From contig CBDCWI010000002.1 of NCBI GenBank assembly GCA_965223325.1, positions 1,216,001-1,280,000 of the forward strand: DNA of 64,000 nucleotides. The letters run 5' to 3'. A program made the translations under genes and the position numbers. Of this stretch, positions 8,724 through 18,968 are shown piece after piece (position 1 is the stretch's first letter; each line of letters starts with the position of its first letter). Below the pieces are notes generated by a model. It was not told where the DNA came from. It saw only the letters and a list, made by a program, of their open reading frames with translations, and did not search any database. This DNA is from Candidatus Multivoradales bacterium. Its GTDB lineage: Bacteria > Acidobacteriota > Thermoanaerobaculia > Multivoradales > Multivoraceae.

Positions 8724-9794
8724 ATGATGCGGTTTCTGTTTCGGCTCCTCCTGATCCTCCTGGTCGTTGGAGGTCTCTTCTACGTCTACACAGCCAACCG
8801 GGCCGGCGAGTTCCGCTCGCTCGGAGAGCCGGTCGCTCTTGCCTGTGAGTCAGTTTCTGGCATGCCCGGCGCCGAAGACATCACCATCGACTACGCCAGC
8901 CGAACAGCTCTCGTGTCGTCTTTCGATCGTGCCCGGGCCCTCGCGGACGAGAACGTCCTGGGCGCGATCTTTGCGCTTCCCCTCGACGGCGGCGCGCCAC
9001 GGAACCTGACCGCCGACCTCGATCTCGAGCTGCGCCCACACGGGCTTTCGCTCTTGGTCCCGGGCAGCTTGCGCGAAGACCTCACCCAACCGCTCCTGTT
9101 CGTGATCAACCACCCTCTTGATCGCAGCGAACCGGACCGGGTCGAAATCTTTGCCTGGGACGGCGAGCACCTCGCCCACCAGCAGACTCTCTCTCATCCC
9201 TCGTTTCGCAACTTCAACGACCTGGCGGCAGTCGACGTCGACTCCTTCTACGCCACCATGGACCACGGCGGGAGCGGCGCCGCCAATACCATCGAGGACT
9301 ATCTCGGTCTGGATCGCGCCGGCGTCCTCTACTACAACGGCGGGAGTGCCACGCAAGTCGCTTTCGATCTCGGCTATGCCAACGGCATTGCGCTCAGCCG
9401 CGAGGGTCGAGTGGTCTACGTCGCCTCGTCGACGAACGCGAAGATCCACGTCTTTGCGCGCGACGCAACCGCCGGCAGGCTCGAGGAAGTTGCACCGATC
9501 GACCTACCAACCCACCCCGACAACCTCGAGATCGACCGACATGGCAGGCTCTGGATCGGAGCGCACCCTCGCCTGCTGACCTTCGCCCGCCATGCCAGCG
9601 ACCCCGAGCGCCTGTCACCATCCGAGGCGCTCTGGGTCGACCCTGACGGTCAGACCGATCCGCCCATCCGCACTGTCTACCTCGACCCGGGCGACGAACT
9701 CTCGGGGTCGAGCGTTGCAGCGCCCTTCGGCGACCGCATCCTGATCGGCTCGGTCTTCGAACCCCATCTCCTGAACTGCGGCTACGGCCGCTGA
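8724..9794 (+). CDS. Arylesterase/paraoxonase-like six-bladed beta-propeller
   Basis: 'GAED', 'PHGLS', 'ND', 'YANGI' and 'PDNL' Ca-propeller motifs; N-terminal anchor. Confidence 0.85.
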   Translation: MMRFLFRLLLILLVVGGLFYVYTANRAGEFRSLGEPVALACESVSGMPGAEDITIDYASRTALVSSFDRARALADENVLGAIFALPLDGGAPRNLTADLDLELRPHGLSLLVPGSLREDLTQPLLFVINHPLDRSEPDRVEIFAWDGEHLAHQQTLSHPSFRNFNDLAAVDVDSFYATMDHGGSGAANTIEDYLGLDRAGVLYYNGGSATQVAFDLGYANGIALSREGRVVYVASSTNAKIHVFARDATAGRLEEVAPIDLPTHPDNLEIDRHGRLWIGAHPRLLTFARHASDPERLSPSEALWVDPDGQTDPPIRTVYLDPGDELSGSSVAAPFGDRILIGSVFEPHLLNCGYGR

Positions 9795-9804
9795 TCTGGG
9801 CGCT

Positions 9805-11748
9805 CTACTGGGCTTCTTCGACTTCGAGTAGCTTGCCTGAGGCCAGGCCTTCGCTCACCACCTGGGTTTTGCCGTTCGGCCACACCACTTCGACCTTCTC
9901 CGGCTGCGCACCGCCAAGACCGAACCAGAGCGGCTGCGAGCTCTGTGAGAGATAGCCGGAGCGACCGTCGTGAAGCTGGGTCTGCACACGGCCCTTGGCA
10001 TAGACCCGCACGAGGGCACCCAGACCATCGCGATTCGAGGTCGTTCCGCGTAGCTCGATCGCCAACCAGGTGGTTCGGCGACGCTCGCTCAGGTCGCTGA
10101 CCAGGACCTGCGGCAGGCTGTTCCATTCCCCGGTCACGATGTCGAGATCGCCGTCCCCTTCGATGTCGAAGATCGCAGCCGTCCGCGTTCCCTTCGTTCC
10201 CTCGACCACGTAGCGGCCTCGTCGAGGACCGCAAATGCGTCCGTGGCGCGGCCAGGCTCGGTCGACCTCGTCACCGCAGTCGACGACGAAGTACGGGAGA
10301 TGGAAGTTGCCATCGGCGCGGGGCTCGATTCCGAGCACGAACTCTGCGTGGCGGAAAACCTCGCCCTCATCGTTGAGCAACACCGAGTTCACCGCATAGC
10401 GGTAGGGATAAGCCATGCTCGAGGCGATGAACACGTCGCTCCAACCGTCGGCGTTGAGGTCGCCGACACTCGCCCCCCACGGCCAGTAGTTCTCCGCGTT
10501 GATCTCATCGGAGAGCTCTTCGAAGGGTGCCTCGCCGGTGTTGCGATAGAAGGCGTTGCCGAAAATGTTGTCGTCGCCACCCTGAAGGTGGTTGTCGTCC
10601 CACATCATGATGGCCTTTTCGTACTCTCCCGGCGGATCGACCTCGAGGCTCATGTCGGAGTGCATGTCGGTCAACAGGAGGTCGAGCAGCCCATCGCCGT
10701 TCTGGTCGAGGACCGCCACACCCATCGCACCCCAGGGGGTCTTGGGAAACCACTTGGCCCGCTGTTCGACGAAACGTTCTCCCCCCTGGTTGACCCAGAA
10801 ATGGTCATCTCCCTGCATGTTGAGAACGTAGAGGTCGACCAGACCGTCACCGGTGAAGTCGACCGGCGCTGCATCGCCCGACCAGCTGTCATCGAGAAGA
10901 CCGGTTGCTTCGGTCACATCTTCGAAACGGATCCGGCCTTCCGCCGACTTTCCGAGACCGCGGTACAAACGGCTGGTTTCGGCCCGCTCCGGAAAGAGGT
11001 GACCCGAGAAGGCGTCTTCACGGCCGATGTAGTACCCCCCGGGGCCGCGCTCATCAACTGTGTATGAGCCCACATTGGTCACGAACAGGTCGAGCACCCC
11101 GTCGCGGTCGTAGTCGAAGAAGACGGCACCGGATGAATGCGCCGACTCCTCGAGACCACTTTCGGCGGTCACGTCGCGGAACCGACCCTTGCCGTCGTTC
11201 TCGAACAAGACGTTGCCACCGCGGACGCTGGTGACGAACAGGTCGGGGTCACCGTCGTTGTCGACGTCGGCAAAAGCGCCCGCCACACTGACCCGATCGG
11301 GCAACTCGACACCGACGGCCTTCTGTTCGAACTTGCCACCGCCCTTGTTCTCGTAGAACACGTTGGGGCCGACCTGGTTGAGTTGCAGCATGTCGGACAG
11401 TCCGTCGCCATCGACGTCGGCGAGCAGCAGGCCGTTGCCGTGGTCGTAGTGCACCATCTTCATGCGGCGCCCACCGTCTTCGGTGATGGTGTGTGGCTGG
11501 TCGAGGCCACTCGCCGCCTGCTGATCGGAGAAGGAGAACCCGGTAAAGACTTTCCAATCCTGCGCAGCGGCCAGCTGCGCATCACGACGCTGCGGCAGTT
11601 GACGGATACCGACGTCGACAGCCGGCACTTTGAGGTGTTCGAGTTCTCGAAGCTCCTCTTCGCTGGGTGTTCCTTGAGCCCACAATCCCGCGACTCCGAA
11701 CAAGGCCCCTGTTGCGCAAAGAAGCGCCTGCGGCACGATCATCTTCAT
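9805..11748 (-). CDS. CRTAC1-family protein (FG-GAP repeats + ASPIC/UnbV domain)
   Basis: Multiple DxDxDGxxDL repeats; C-terminal 'SNRDGLGA.V...SGYLSQ....L.FGLG'. Confidence 0.9.
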   Translation of the reverse strand: MKMIVPQALLCATGALFGVAGLWAQGTPSEEELRELEHLKVPAVDVGIRQLPQRRDAQLAAAQDWKVFTGFSFSDQQAASGLDQPHTITEDGGRRMKMVHYDHGNGLLLADVDGDGLSDMLQLNQVGPNVFYENKGGGKFEQKAVGVELPDRVSVAGAFADVDNDGDPDLFVTSVRGGNVLFENDGKGRFRDVTAESGLEESAHSSGAVFFDYDRDGVLDLFVTNVGSYTVDERGPGGYYIGREDAFSGHLFPERAETSRLYRGLGKSAEGRIRFEDVTEATGLLDDSWSGDAAPVDFTGDGLVDLYVLNMQGDDHFWVNQGGERFVEQRAKWFPKTPWGAMGVAVLDQNGDGLLDLLLTDMHSDMSLEVDPPGEYEKAIMMWDDNHLQGGDDNIFGNAFYRNTGEAPFEELSDEINAENYWPWGASVGDLNADGWSDVFIASSMAYPYRYAVNSVLLNDEGEVFRHAEFVLGIEPRADGNFHLPYFVVDCGDEVDRAWPRHGRICGPRRGRYVVEGTKGTRTAAIFDIEGDGDLDIVTGEWNSLPQVLVSDLSERRRTTWLAIELRGTTSNRDGLGALVRVYAKGRVQTQLHDGRSGYLSQSSQPLWFGLGGAQPEKVEVVWPNGKTQVVSEGLASGKLLEVEEAQ

Positions 11749-11857
11749 GACGAAAACCCCGTCGGCCGCGGGTGCTGGAGACCGCGGCCAGTTCTTTCTG
11801 TAGCCCTAGAGCCCCATGCTATCCGGTTGCGGGGCCCGGCACGGAAGTGGCCGTCGG

Positions 11858-12925
11858 CTAGCGCTGAATCAAGCGCGGCAGGGGCTCGAAGTCTGCCGAC
11901 GGAGCCTGCCGAGCGCGCACCAGGAGCTCTTCCTCGTCGCTCCAACGATGGTCGAGCATGTAGATGCGCGGATCGAGCGGCGTGAACTCACCGTCCTCGT
12001 TCGATTGACGGATTTCGTAGTGGAGATGGGGGTTGGTGCTCCAGCCCGTGTTGCCGACGGTTCCAATGATGTCGCCCTGCCGAACGCGTTGGCCGGTGCG
12101 CACCTCGACCTGGTCCATGTGCCCGAAAAGGGTGATGAAGCGATCACCGTGGCGCAGTGAGACCATGTTGCCGTAACGCCACCAGGCCACGCTTTGTTTG
12201 AGTGGGTAGCGCCCCGCGAAAGTGACCTTGCCGTCTGCCGGTGCGTAGATCGGCACACCGGTGTGGGCGGCGAGGTCGAGCCCGGCGTGAAAGTCGGCCT
12301 TCTTGGTGAACGGGCTGCGGCGCATGCCAAACGGACTGGTGAGCCGGAAGTCCGAGTCCTGCAGCGGTGACATCGAGGGCACCGTGCGCACCTGATCGGT
12401 GTGGGCGTCTTCGAAGGTCTGGATCTCGCTGAGGAAGGCCTCGAGCACCCGGATCTGCTCACGCACCTCGGATTCGGCGGTGGCGGTGCGTTCGATGTCG
12501 GGGCCGAACGAGCCCGGCAGCTCCAGACCTTCGATCGAGAGCTCGCCCGGGTAGCCACCCTGGCCGATCGACGAGTCGTTCGCCAGACCGTAAGCAAGAT
12601 AGATCTTGTTCATCCGCAGGTTGAGCTCGGCACTGCGGTCGTTCAAGCCACCGAGCCGTCTTTCGAGCGCAATGAGCCGTTCGCCGAGCACTTGACGCGT
12701 CTCGAGCATCGCCTGGCGCTCCTGGGCCTGCAGGTGGGTCTTGATGACCGCCGGTGCGAGCGCCAGACCACCGACAATGAAGCCTACCCACGCGAGGCCC
12801 AGAGCGACCCAGGCCATCACCTTGGCACGGCTCAAGAAGACGTAGCGCACGCCCTTCTGGATGTCGCTGGGGTGGATCTGAATCTCGAGCTGGTGCTTTC
12901 GATCCTGGTTGGTGCTACGTGTCAC
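11858..12925 (-). CDS. M23 family metallopeptidase with TM anchor and coiled coil
   Basis: 'TSPFG.R..PF', HAGLD and HLHYE zinc motifs. Confidence 0.9.
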   Translation of the reverse strand: MTRSTNQDRKHQLEIQIHPSDIQKGVRYVFLSRAKVMAWVALGLAWVGFIVGGLALAPAVIKTHLQAQERQAMLETRQVLGERLIALERRLGGLNDRSAELNLRMNKIYLAYGLANDSSIGQGGYPGELSIEGLELPGSFGPDIERTATAESEVREQIRVLEAFLSEIQTFEDAHTDQVRTVPSMSPLQDSDFRLTSPFGMRRSPFTKKADFHAGLDLAAHTGVPIYAPADGKVTFAGRYPLKQSVAWWRYGNMVSLRHGDRFITLFGHMDQVEVRTGQRVRQGDIIGTVGNTGWSTNPHLHYEIRQSNEDGEFTPLDPRIYMLDHRWSDEEELLVRARQAPSADFEPLPRLIQR

Positions 12926-13023
12926 GGGATTGCGTCGAGTTGAAATGGTCGTGTTCTTGTTCGGATCGCTCGGCGGCGCGCTTGCGTCGTGCGGGTCTGG
13001 CCGCTCGTAATTCCAGTTTTATT

Positions 13024-13052
13024 AGTATACGGATCTATGGATGACCTGTCTC
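13024..13052 (-). promoter_or_regulatory. Sigma70-type promoter for the M23 gene
   Basis: GAGACA-17 bp-TATACT on the minus strand. Confidence 0.5.
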
Positions 13053-13157
13053 GCTCCGTGGATCCGGGGGGTTTTCGATGAATCTTGCTGAAACAAGTTC
13101 CGTGTGGTCAGGGGATGGGGTCTGAAAGGATCCTCTTGGCGCCTCTATACGCAACTC

Positions 13158-14027
13158 TCATGCCGGGCGCTCAATCTCCCCCGCCGGCTGGTCCGCCAGG
13201 AGTGCCCTCATTTCTTCCTCGCTGGTCGCCGCCTGGATGTGCTCGAGCAAACGCGCGTGAACCTCGGGCCGGCCGCCCACGATGTTGCCACTCGCCAACC
13301 AACCATCATCTCCATCCGTGTCCGAGACCACGCCGCCCGCCTCCTCGATCAGGAGGCCACCGGCCGCTGTGTCCCACGGCGACAGTGCAAACTCGAAAAA
13401 GCCGTCGTAGATTCCCGCCGCGACATGGGCGAGGTCGAGGGCGGCGGCACCGGCGCGCCGCACTCCCTGGGCCTCTAGAAAGACAGAACGAAAAACCTCC
13501 AGATAGGTTTCGAGGGCTGCGTGGGCCCGGAAGGGAAAGCCGGTGGCCAGAAAGGCACCGTCGAGGCCGTCTCGGCGCAGCGAACCGGCACGCTCACCGA
13601 GATCTTCACCGCCCCAACGGGTCCCCCTGCCATAGGTTGCCTCCCAGAGGTCCCCGGTGGTGGGCTGGTAGACCACCGCCGCGACCACGCGCCGCCGATG
13701 GCGCACCGCGATCGAAACGCACCAGGTCGGCAAACCGTGCACAAAGTTGCTGGTGCCATCGAGCGGATCGATGATCCACTCGAAGTCCGAGCCCTCTAGC
13801 GGAACGTCGAGCCCGCCTTCTTCGGCGAGAATGCGATGCCGCGGGCAGGCCTCGCGGATGACCGCGATGATCGCCTCTTCAGTCTCGCGATCGGCACGAG
13901 TCACCAGATCGTTGCGCGCTTTGACGTGGACCTCGAGCCGGGTGTCACGAAACCAGCGCAAGAGGCGCTCGCCACCCGCGTGTGCTGCCCGGATCGCCAG
14001 TGCAGCGAGCGGTTCGTATGTCGACAT
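13158..14027 (-). CDS. suhB: Inositol monophosphatase family protein
   Basis: 'WIIDPLDGTSNF', 'RR.G.AALDL' and 'WDTAAG' motifs; SD AAGGAG. Confidence 0.9.
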   Translation of the reverse strand: MSTYEPLAALAIRAAHAGGERLLRWFRDTRLEVHVKARNDLVTRADRETEEAIIAVIREACPRHRILAEEGGLDVPLEGSDFEWIIDPLDGTSNFVHGLPTWCVSIAVRHRRRVVAAVVYQPTTGDLWEATYGRGTRWGGEDLGERAGSLRRDGLDGAFLATGFPFRAHAALETYLEVFRSVFLEAQGVRRAGAAALDLAHVAAGIYDGFFEFALSPWDTAAGGLLIEEAGGVVSDTDGDDGWLASGNIVGGRPEVHARLLEHIQAATSEEEMRALLADQPAGEIERPA

Positions 14028-14072
14028 CACATTCTCCTTCACACCAAACAGGCTCCACGATCATCCGCCGCA

Positions 14073-14163
14073 GGGGACCGAGCCTCGCGGGAATCGGCCC
14101 CCGAGCACAGCGCGAAACAAAGGGGCAGTCAGGTCAAAGTAGAACGATCGAACACCGCATTGA
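14073..14163 (-). ncRNA. Candidate sigma54-driven structured RNA (~90 nt), or a structured 5' leader of suhB
   Basis: G-U-rich stem closing a pyrimidine-rich loop, then a GGGGGCCGA/UCGGUCCCC hairpin capped by a GCGA tetraloop. Confidence 0.4.
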
Positions 14164-14173
14164 AAGAGCGAGG

Positions 14174-14189
14174 TGCAAAGGGCCTGCCA
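14174..14189 (-). promoter_or_regulatory. Sigma54 (-24/-12) promoter
   Basis: Minus strand TGGCAGG-CCCT-TTGCA, one mismatch to consensus, in intergenic DNA. Confidence 0.6.
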
Positions 14190-14305
14190 TGGCTGTCATC
14201 CCCTGCGGGCTGCTGTCGCACCCACGCAGCAAGAACCACGGCCAGGGTCGAGAGATCGAACGCCGATCGCCCAGGAAACGGGAAGCTCAACGCCCGGCCG
14301 CCGTT

Positions 14306-15661
14306 TCACGACGCGTCGAGATCAACGGGTCGGCCACCGACGATCGTGCCCGCTGCACCGCCTTTGAGTGTCCAGCCTTTGAACGGAGTGTTTCGCGACC
14401 TGCTCCGAAAAAGGGCAGGATCGATGGTTCGTTCACACTCGAGATCGATCAACGTCACATCGCCGCTGCTACCCGGTGAAAGCGAACCGAGACCAAGGTC
14501 GAAGACCCGCGCCGGTTGGCATGACAACAGGTCAACGAGCCGCGACAGGTCCATCGTGCCAGCCCGCACGAACCGGTCGAGGCAGAGAGCCAGGGTGGTC
14601 TCGAGGCCAACGATGCCATTGGGAGCGGCGATGAAGTCGATGTCCTTTTCGTCTGCGTGATGGGGCGCATGGTCGCTGGCGATGCAATCGATCGTGCCAT
14701 CGAGCAACCCTTCGAGCATCGCATCGCGGTCCGCGGCTGCGCGCAGCGGCGGGTGCATCTTGAAATCCGGGTCGAGCCCCGACTCGAAGACGTCGCGGTC
14801 GGTCAGCAGCAGGTGATGCGCCGACACTTCGGTGGTGACACAAACCCCACGCGCTTTGGCGTCGCGCACCATCGCTACCGCACGCGCCGTCGAGATGTGA
14901 GCCAGGTGGTAGTGGCCGCCGGTATCTTCAGCCAGGCAGAGATCACGCGCGATCATCACGTCGTCGGCCGAGCCAGGGATGCCCGGAACGCCGAGGCGGG
15001 CTGAGTACTCACCTTCGTGCATGACACCGTCGCCGGCCAGGTTCAGGTCTTCGCAGTGCTGGACGACGGGAAGGTTCCAGTGGCGTGCGTGCAGGAGCGC
15101 ATTGCGCATCAGCTCGGCATCGCTGACCGGGCGACCGTCATCCGAGAGCGCCACCGCGCCTGCGGCATGCAGGAGACCAGCCTCCGTCAGCTCGGCGCCC
15201 TCGAGACCACGGCTGATCGCCGCAATCGGGAAGACTCGTGCGAGAAGATGCCGGCGGGCTTCCTTCATCATGTGCTCGGTAACCGACGGCGTGTCGTTGA
15301 CCGGCGCGGTGTTGGGCATGCAGGCAACCGCGGTGAAACCGCCGGCGGCGGCGCTCCGGCAACCGGTCTCGATGGTCTCCTTGTACTCGAAGCCCGGTTC
15401 GCGCAGGTGCACATGAATGTCGATCAGCCCCGGAGTGACGACGAGGCCCTCCGCATCGACAACGCGGTCGCCGTCCCGACGCGCGATTCCTTCGGCGAGC
15501 TCTGAGACCACTCCGTCTTCGATCAACACATCAAGTGAGCGATCGAGCTCCTGGCTGGGGTCGACGACGCGCCCGCCGCGCACCAGAGTCCGTCCAGGAC
15601 AACGAAACGGCTGGGCAAATGGGTGCTCGGGACCGCCGGGCCTGGAAGCTCTGCCTGTCAC
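14306..15661 (-). CDS. pyrC: Dihydroorotase
   Basis: '[13 protein letters not shown]', 'MPNT.P', 'IASDHAPH'; directly after pyrB. Confidence 0.95.
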   Translation of the reverse strand: MTGRASRPGGPEHPFAQPFRCPGRTLVRGGRVVDPSQELDRSLDVLIEDGVVSELAEGIARRDGDRVVDAEGLVVTPGLIDIHVHLREPGFEYKETIETGCRSAAAGGFTAVACMPNTAPVNDTPSVTEHMMKEARRHLLARVFPIAAISRGLEGAELTEAGLLHAAGAVALSDDGRPVSDAELMRNALLHARHWNLPVVQHCEDLNLAGDGVMHEGEYSARLGVPGIPGSADDVMIARDLCLAEDTGGHYHLAHISTARAVAMVRDAKARGVCVTTEVSAHHLLLTDRDVFESGLDPDFKMHPPLRAAADRDAMLEGLLDGTIDCIASDHAPHHADEKDIDFIAAPNGIVGLETTLALCLDRFVRAGTMDLSRLVDLLSCQPARVFDLGLGSLSPGSSGDVTLIDLECERTIDPALFRSRSRNTPFKGWTLKGGAAGTIVGGRPVDLDAS

Positions 15662-16626
15662 GGCAGCGCTCCCCCGACGCGGGTCGCGCGCCTGCCACTG
15701 CCGACGGTCAAGAGGTAGAGCACCGCCATGCGTACCGCGACACCGTTGGCGACCTGTTCGAGAATCACGGAGAACGGGCCATCTGCTACCTCGCTGGAGA
15801 TTTCGACACCGCGGTTCATCGGCCCGGGGTGCATGACGATGACGTCATCGTTGGCGCGTTCCAGGCGTTCGTTGGTCAGCCCGAACATCGCGAAGTACTC
15901 ACGCACGGTAGGAAAAGCTTTGCGACTCTGGCGCTCGAGCTGAATGCGCAACATCATCACCACGTCGGCCCCTTCGAGGGCCTCGTCGAGGCTGGCCGTC
16001 ACCTCGGCACCGAGTGCTTCCGGGCGGGTCGGCAGCATGGTGTGCGGCCCCGCCACGACGACGTTGGCACCCATCCTCTGCAGCAGGTGGATGTTCGAGC
16101 GCACCACTCGGCTATGGGCGATGTCGCCGATGATGGCCACCCGCAGGCCGTCGAGCTTGCCCTTGTGTTGCCGAATGGTGAGTGCGTCGAGCAGAGCCTG
16201 TGTGGGGTGTTCGTGACTGCCGTCACCGGCGTTGATCACCCCAGCCTCGACCCGCCGGGCGACCGCCTGTGGCACTCCGGGGTGGGCGTGACGCAGAACG
16301 ACAACGTCGGGGGCCATCGACTGTAGGTTGCGCACCGTGTCGAGCAGGGTTTCACCCTTAGACAGCGACGACGACCCGGTGCCGAAGTTGATTGCGTCGG
16401 CCGACATGCGTTTGGCCGCGATCTCGAAGCTGGTGCGGGTACGGGTCGAGGGCTCGAAGAAGGCGTTGATGACCGTACGCCCACGCAGCGTAGGCACCTT
16501 CTTGATGGGCCGCGCGGCGACCTCGAGGAATGACTCCGCCGTGTCGAGTATGTGGTCGATCTCGCCGACTTCGAGTTCGTCGGTGCCGAGCAGATCCTTG
16601 CGCTCCCAGAGTGGATCACCTGCCAC
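15658..16626 (-). CDS. pyrB: Aspartate carbamoyltransferase catalytic subunit
   Basis: 'FFEPSTRT', 'HPTQALLD', 'MHPGP'. Confidence 0.97.
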   Translation of the reverse strand: MAGDPLWERKDLLGTDELEVGEIDHILDTAESFLEVAARPIKKVPTLRGRTVINAFFEPSTRTRTSFEIAAKRMSADAINFGTGSSSLSKGETLLDTVRNLQSMAPDVVVLRHAHPGVPQAVARRVEAGVINAGDGSHEHPTQALLDALTIRQHKGKLDGLRVAIIGDIAHSRVVRSNIHLLQRMGANVVVAGPHTMLPTRPEALGAEVTASLDEALEGADVVMMLRIQLERQSRKAFPTVREYFAMFGLTNERLERANDDVIVMHPGPMNRGVEISSEVADGPFSVILEQVANGVAVRMAVLYLLTVGSGRRATRVGGALP

Positions 16627-16664
16627 GGTCTGACCTCGGCGCTGAGACGCTCGGCGACATTGCT

Positions 16665-17222
16665 CTAGCCGTCACCGGATAGTTCGAGGATCTGTACCGC
16701 TTCATTGTCGTCGGTGCCTTCGTAGGAGACTTTGATCACCTCGCTGTCGGAGGTGCGCACGTACTCGCCGACGTAGTCGGCCTGGATGGGCAGCTCCCGG
16801 TGGCCCCGATCGACCAGGACTGCCAGTTGCACCGCCTGCGGGCGACCGAAGTCCATCAGCGCATCGAGGGCGGCACGCACCGTGCGACCGGTGTAGAGCA
16901 CATCGTCACAAAGCACCACCCAGCAGCCGTCGAGTGAATCTGGCAGGTTGCTTTCTTTCACCACCGGTTGTGGCGCCACCAGCGACAGATCGTCGCGGTA
17001 GAGGGTGATATCGAGAGTACCGAGTGGCACCTCGATCTCTTCGAGCCGCTCCGCCTCGCGCTTCAGGGCCTCCGCCAACGGCACGCCGCGCGTACGAATG
17101 CCGACCAACAAGAGGCTGTCGACGCCCGCCGTCTTCTCGAGGATCTCACCGGCCATACGCCGTGTCACGCGGGCCATCTGGTCCTTGTCGAGAATGGTTG
17201 CCTTGTGGAGCAGGTCCGCCAT
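16665..17222 (-). CDS. pyrR: Bifunctional pyr operon regulator / uracil phosphoribosyltransferase
   Basis: 'GIRTRG', 'LDITLYRDD', 'DDVLYTGRT', 'DRGHRELPI'. Confidence 0.97.
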   Translation of the reverse strand: MADLLHKATILDKDQMARVTRRMAGEILEKTAGVDSLLLVGIRTRGVPLAEALKREAERLEEIEVPLGTLDITLYRDDLSLVAPQPVVKESNLPDSLDGCWVVLCDDVLYTGRTVRAALDALMDFGRPQAVQLAVLVDRGHRELPIQADYVGEYVRTSDSEVIKVSYEGTDDNEAVQILELSGDG

Positions 17223-17483
17223 CGCGAGTTCTCCGCTTGTCGTGTCCAGGGCCGGAATGCTTCTCTAGGCTTTCTACTTCGAGAGCTCTGAGGAGGGGGC
17301 GCGGGCATCATAGCCCCGCTTCCCGACCGCGTCACCCCACGGATCTCCGCCGTGACGAGAAGGACCTTCAGGCTGTCTCTCGACCCGCAGGGCGCAGCTT
17401 CCGTATGATCGGACGACCCGGCCGCAATCGTGGCTGACCCACTGCCGACCCACCCCTGGATCCCCGCCGCAGAGATTCCTTCG

Positions 17484-18068
17484 ATGTCAAAACGAGATCC
17501 GTCTCCGCCCCGTTCCGAAGACCAGGCTCCGACCTCCGCCAGTCAGCCAGCCGGTCGCTCGGCACGTAACCGTCAGATCCGCTTCCTGGTGATCTTCATC
17601 CTGGTGCTCGGAATCGGATTCACGCTGATCTCGCTCCCGGCGATCAACGACTCGCTGGTGGTGCCCTTCACCGCCGGAATCGCCAAGGTGTCGGCCGGCG
17701 TCCTCGACGTCATCGGGCAAGACGTCACCCTCGACGGCGTGCAGATTCGCAACCAGGCCTTCGCGGTCGAGATTCTCAACGGCTGCAACGGCATCGAAGC
17801 CATGACGATCTTCCTCGCCGCGGTGCTCGCCTACCCCGCCTCCTGGAAATCGAAGGCGATCGGGCTGGTCGGCGGCATGATCGCGATTCAGATCGTCAAC
17901 CTGATTCGAGTGGTGGCGCTTTTCCTGACCGGGGTGTACTGGCCCTCGTTCTTCCACTCATCGCATACCGTCATCTGGCAGACGGTCGTTATTGCTGCCG
18001 CGGTGCTCTTGTGGATCTTCTGGGCGGACCGGCTGGCGGGACCCACCGCCACTCCAGAAGCGGCCTAG
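17484..18068 (+). CDS. xrtH: Exosortase H-type transpeptidase
   Basis: Catalytic 'GCNG' Cys, 'NLIR' Arg and 'H..IWQ' His in a short multi-TM protein. Confidence 0.85.
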   Translation: MSKRDPSPPRSEDQAPTSASQPAGRSARNRQIRFLVIFILVLGIGFTLISLPAINDSLVVPFTAGIAKVSAGVLDVIGQDVTLDGVQIRNQAFAVEILNGCNGIEAMTIFLAAVLAYPASWKSKAIGLVGGMIAIQIVNLIRVVALFLTGVYWPSFFHSSHTVIWQTVVIAAAVLLWIFWADRLAGPTATPEAA

Positions 18069-18084
18069 AGGTCCGGGCTCCCGC

Positions 18085-18720
18085 ATGGCCGCTGGTCAAT
18101 CGAAACCGGCCCCGTCCCGGAAGTCCCCGGCTGAGTCTGCGCCTCCGGCGACGCTCGACTACCGGCGCTTCCTCTTGCGCTTTTTCGCATTCCTGGTGCC
18201 GGTGATCGTTGTCTGGGTGGCGCTGACACCGGTCTACAACCGCTTCTTGACCCTCGCCACCGAGAATCTCGTCCAGCTGATCGAGAGCCCGGACTACACC
18301 TCCCTCGAACACGTCGAGCGGCACTACTTCCTGATTCAGCACGAGCGCGTTCGTGGAACCGCCAGGGCCGGGTCGGTGTCGTCGGTGCGCATCACCGACA
18401 CTCACTTTCCGTTGCTCTATCTCGCAGCCTTGTTTCTGGCGGTCCCTGGCATCCATCTCAGGAGCCGGCTCGAGCGCCTGGGCCAGGCGCTTCTGGTGAT
18501 GGTCTTCTTCCATCTGCTCGCCCTGGTCTTTCAGGTCCAGTTCGTTCTCGCCCTCCAGGCTGGCGACTGGAGTGCCGAACATTACAGTTCGTTCAGTCGC
18601 AACGCCTGGGCGCTGGGTAAGCATCTCCTCGACCTGCCGTTCAAGTTTGCGATGCCGCTCATTCTGTGGTGCGCCTTCTTCTTCGATCAGCTCCCCGGCG
18701 GGCAGTCCGCCCGCGCTTGA
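18085..18720 (+). CDS. Exosortase H-associated membrane protein
   Basis: Multi-TM ORF 16 bp after xrtH; lacks the catalytic Cys. Confidence 0.65.
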   Translation: MAAGQSKPAPSRKSPAESAPPATLDYRRFLLRFFAFLVPVIVVWVALTPVYNRFLTLATENLVQLIESPDYTSLEHVERHYFLIQHERVRGTARAGSVSSVRITDTHFPLLYLAALFLAVPGIHLRSRLERLGQALLVMVFFHLLALVFQVQFVLALQAGDWSAEHYSSFSRNAWALGKHLLDLPFKFAMPLILWCAFFFDQLPGGQSARA

Positions 18721-18797
18721 TCGCCTGAGGATCGACCAGGCGGGGTTCCCAGAGCGGCGTTTTCCACAACGTCTATTCGGTCTAAGTGATGGATCTA

Positions 18798-18845
18798 CCA
18801 CAACCTATTGTGGTTTCGGGGTTCAGAGGCCCCAACCCCTTGTGG
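18798..18845. promoter_or_regulatory. Tandem NrdR-like boxes upstream of smc
   Basis: CCACAACCTATTGTGG (18798-18813) and CCCCAACCCCTTGTGG (18830-18845), 32 bp apart. Confidence 0.6.
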
Positions 18846-18968
18846 TCTTTGGAACGGCGTTGTTATCCTGCGCGGAAGATATGTGCCTCTATCCATGAGC
18901 CCCGGCCCTGCGGCCCGTCTGCGGTTGCAGCTCTGGCGCCTGGTCACCCTAAAGGGAGCCCCTACTCC

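Noticed and set aside
17223-17430. PyrR attenuator upstream of pyrR
   Set aside because: No ARUCCNGNGAGGYU binding loop or terminator/antiterminator with a U-tract was found
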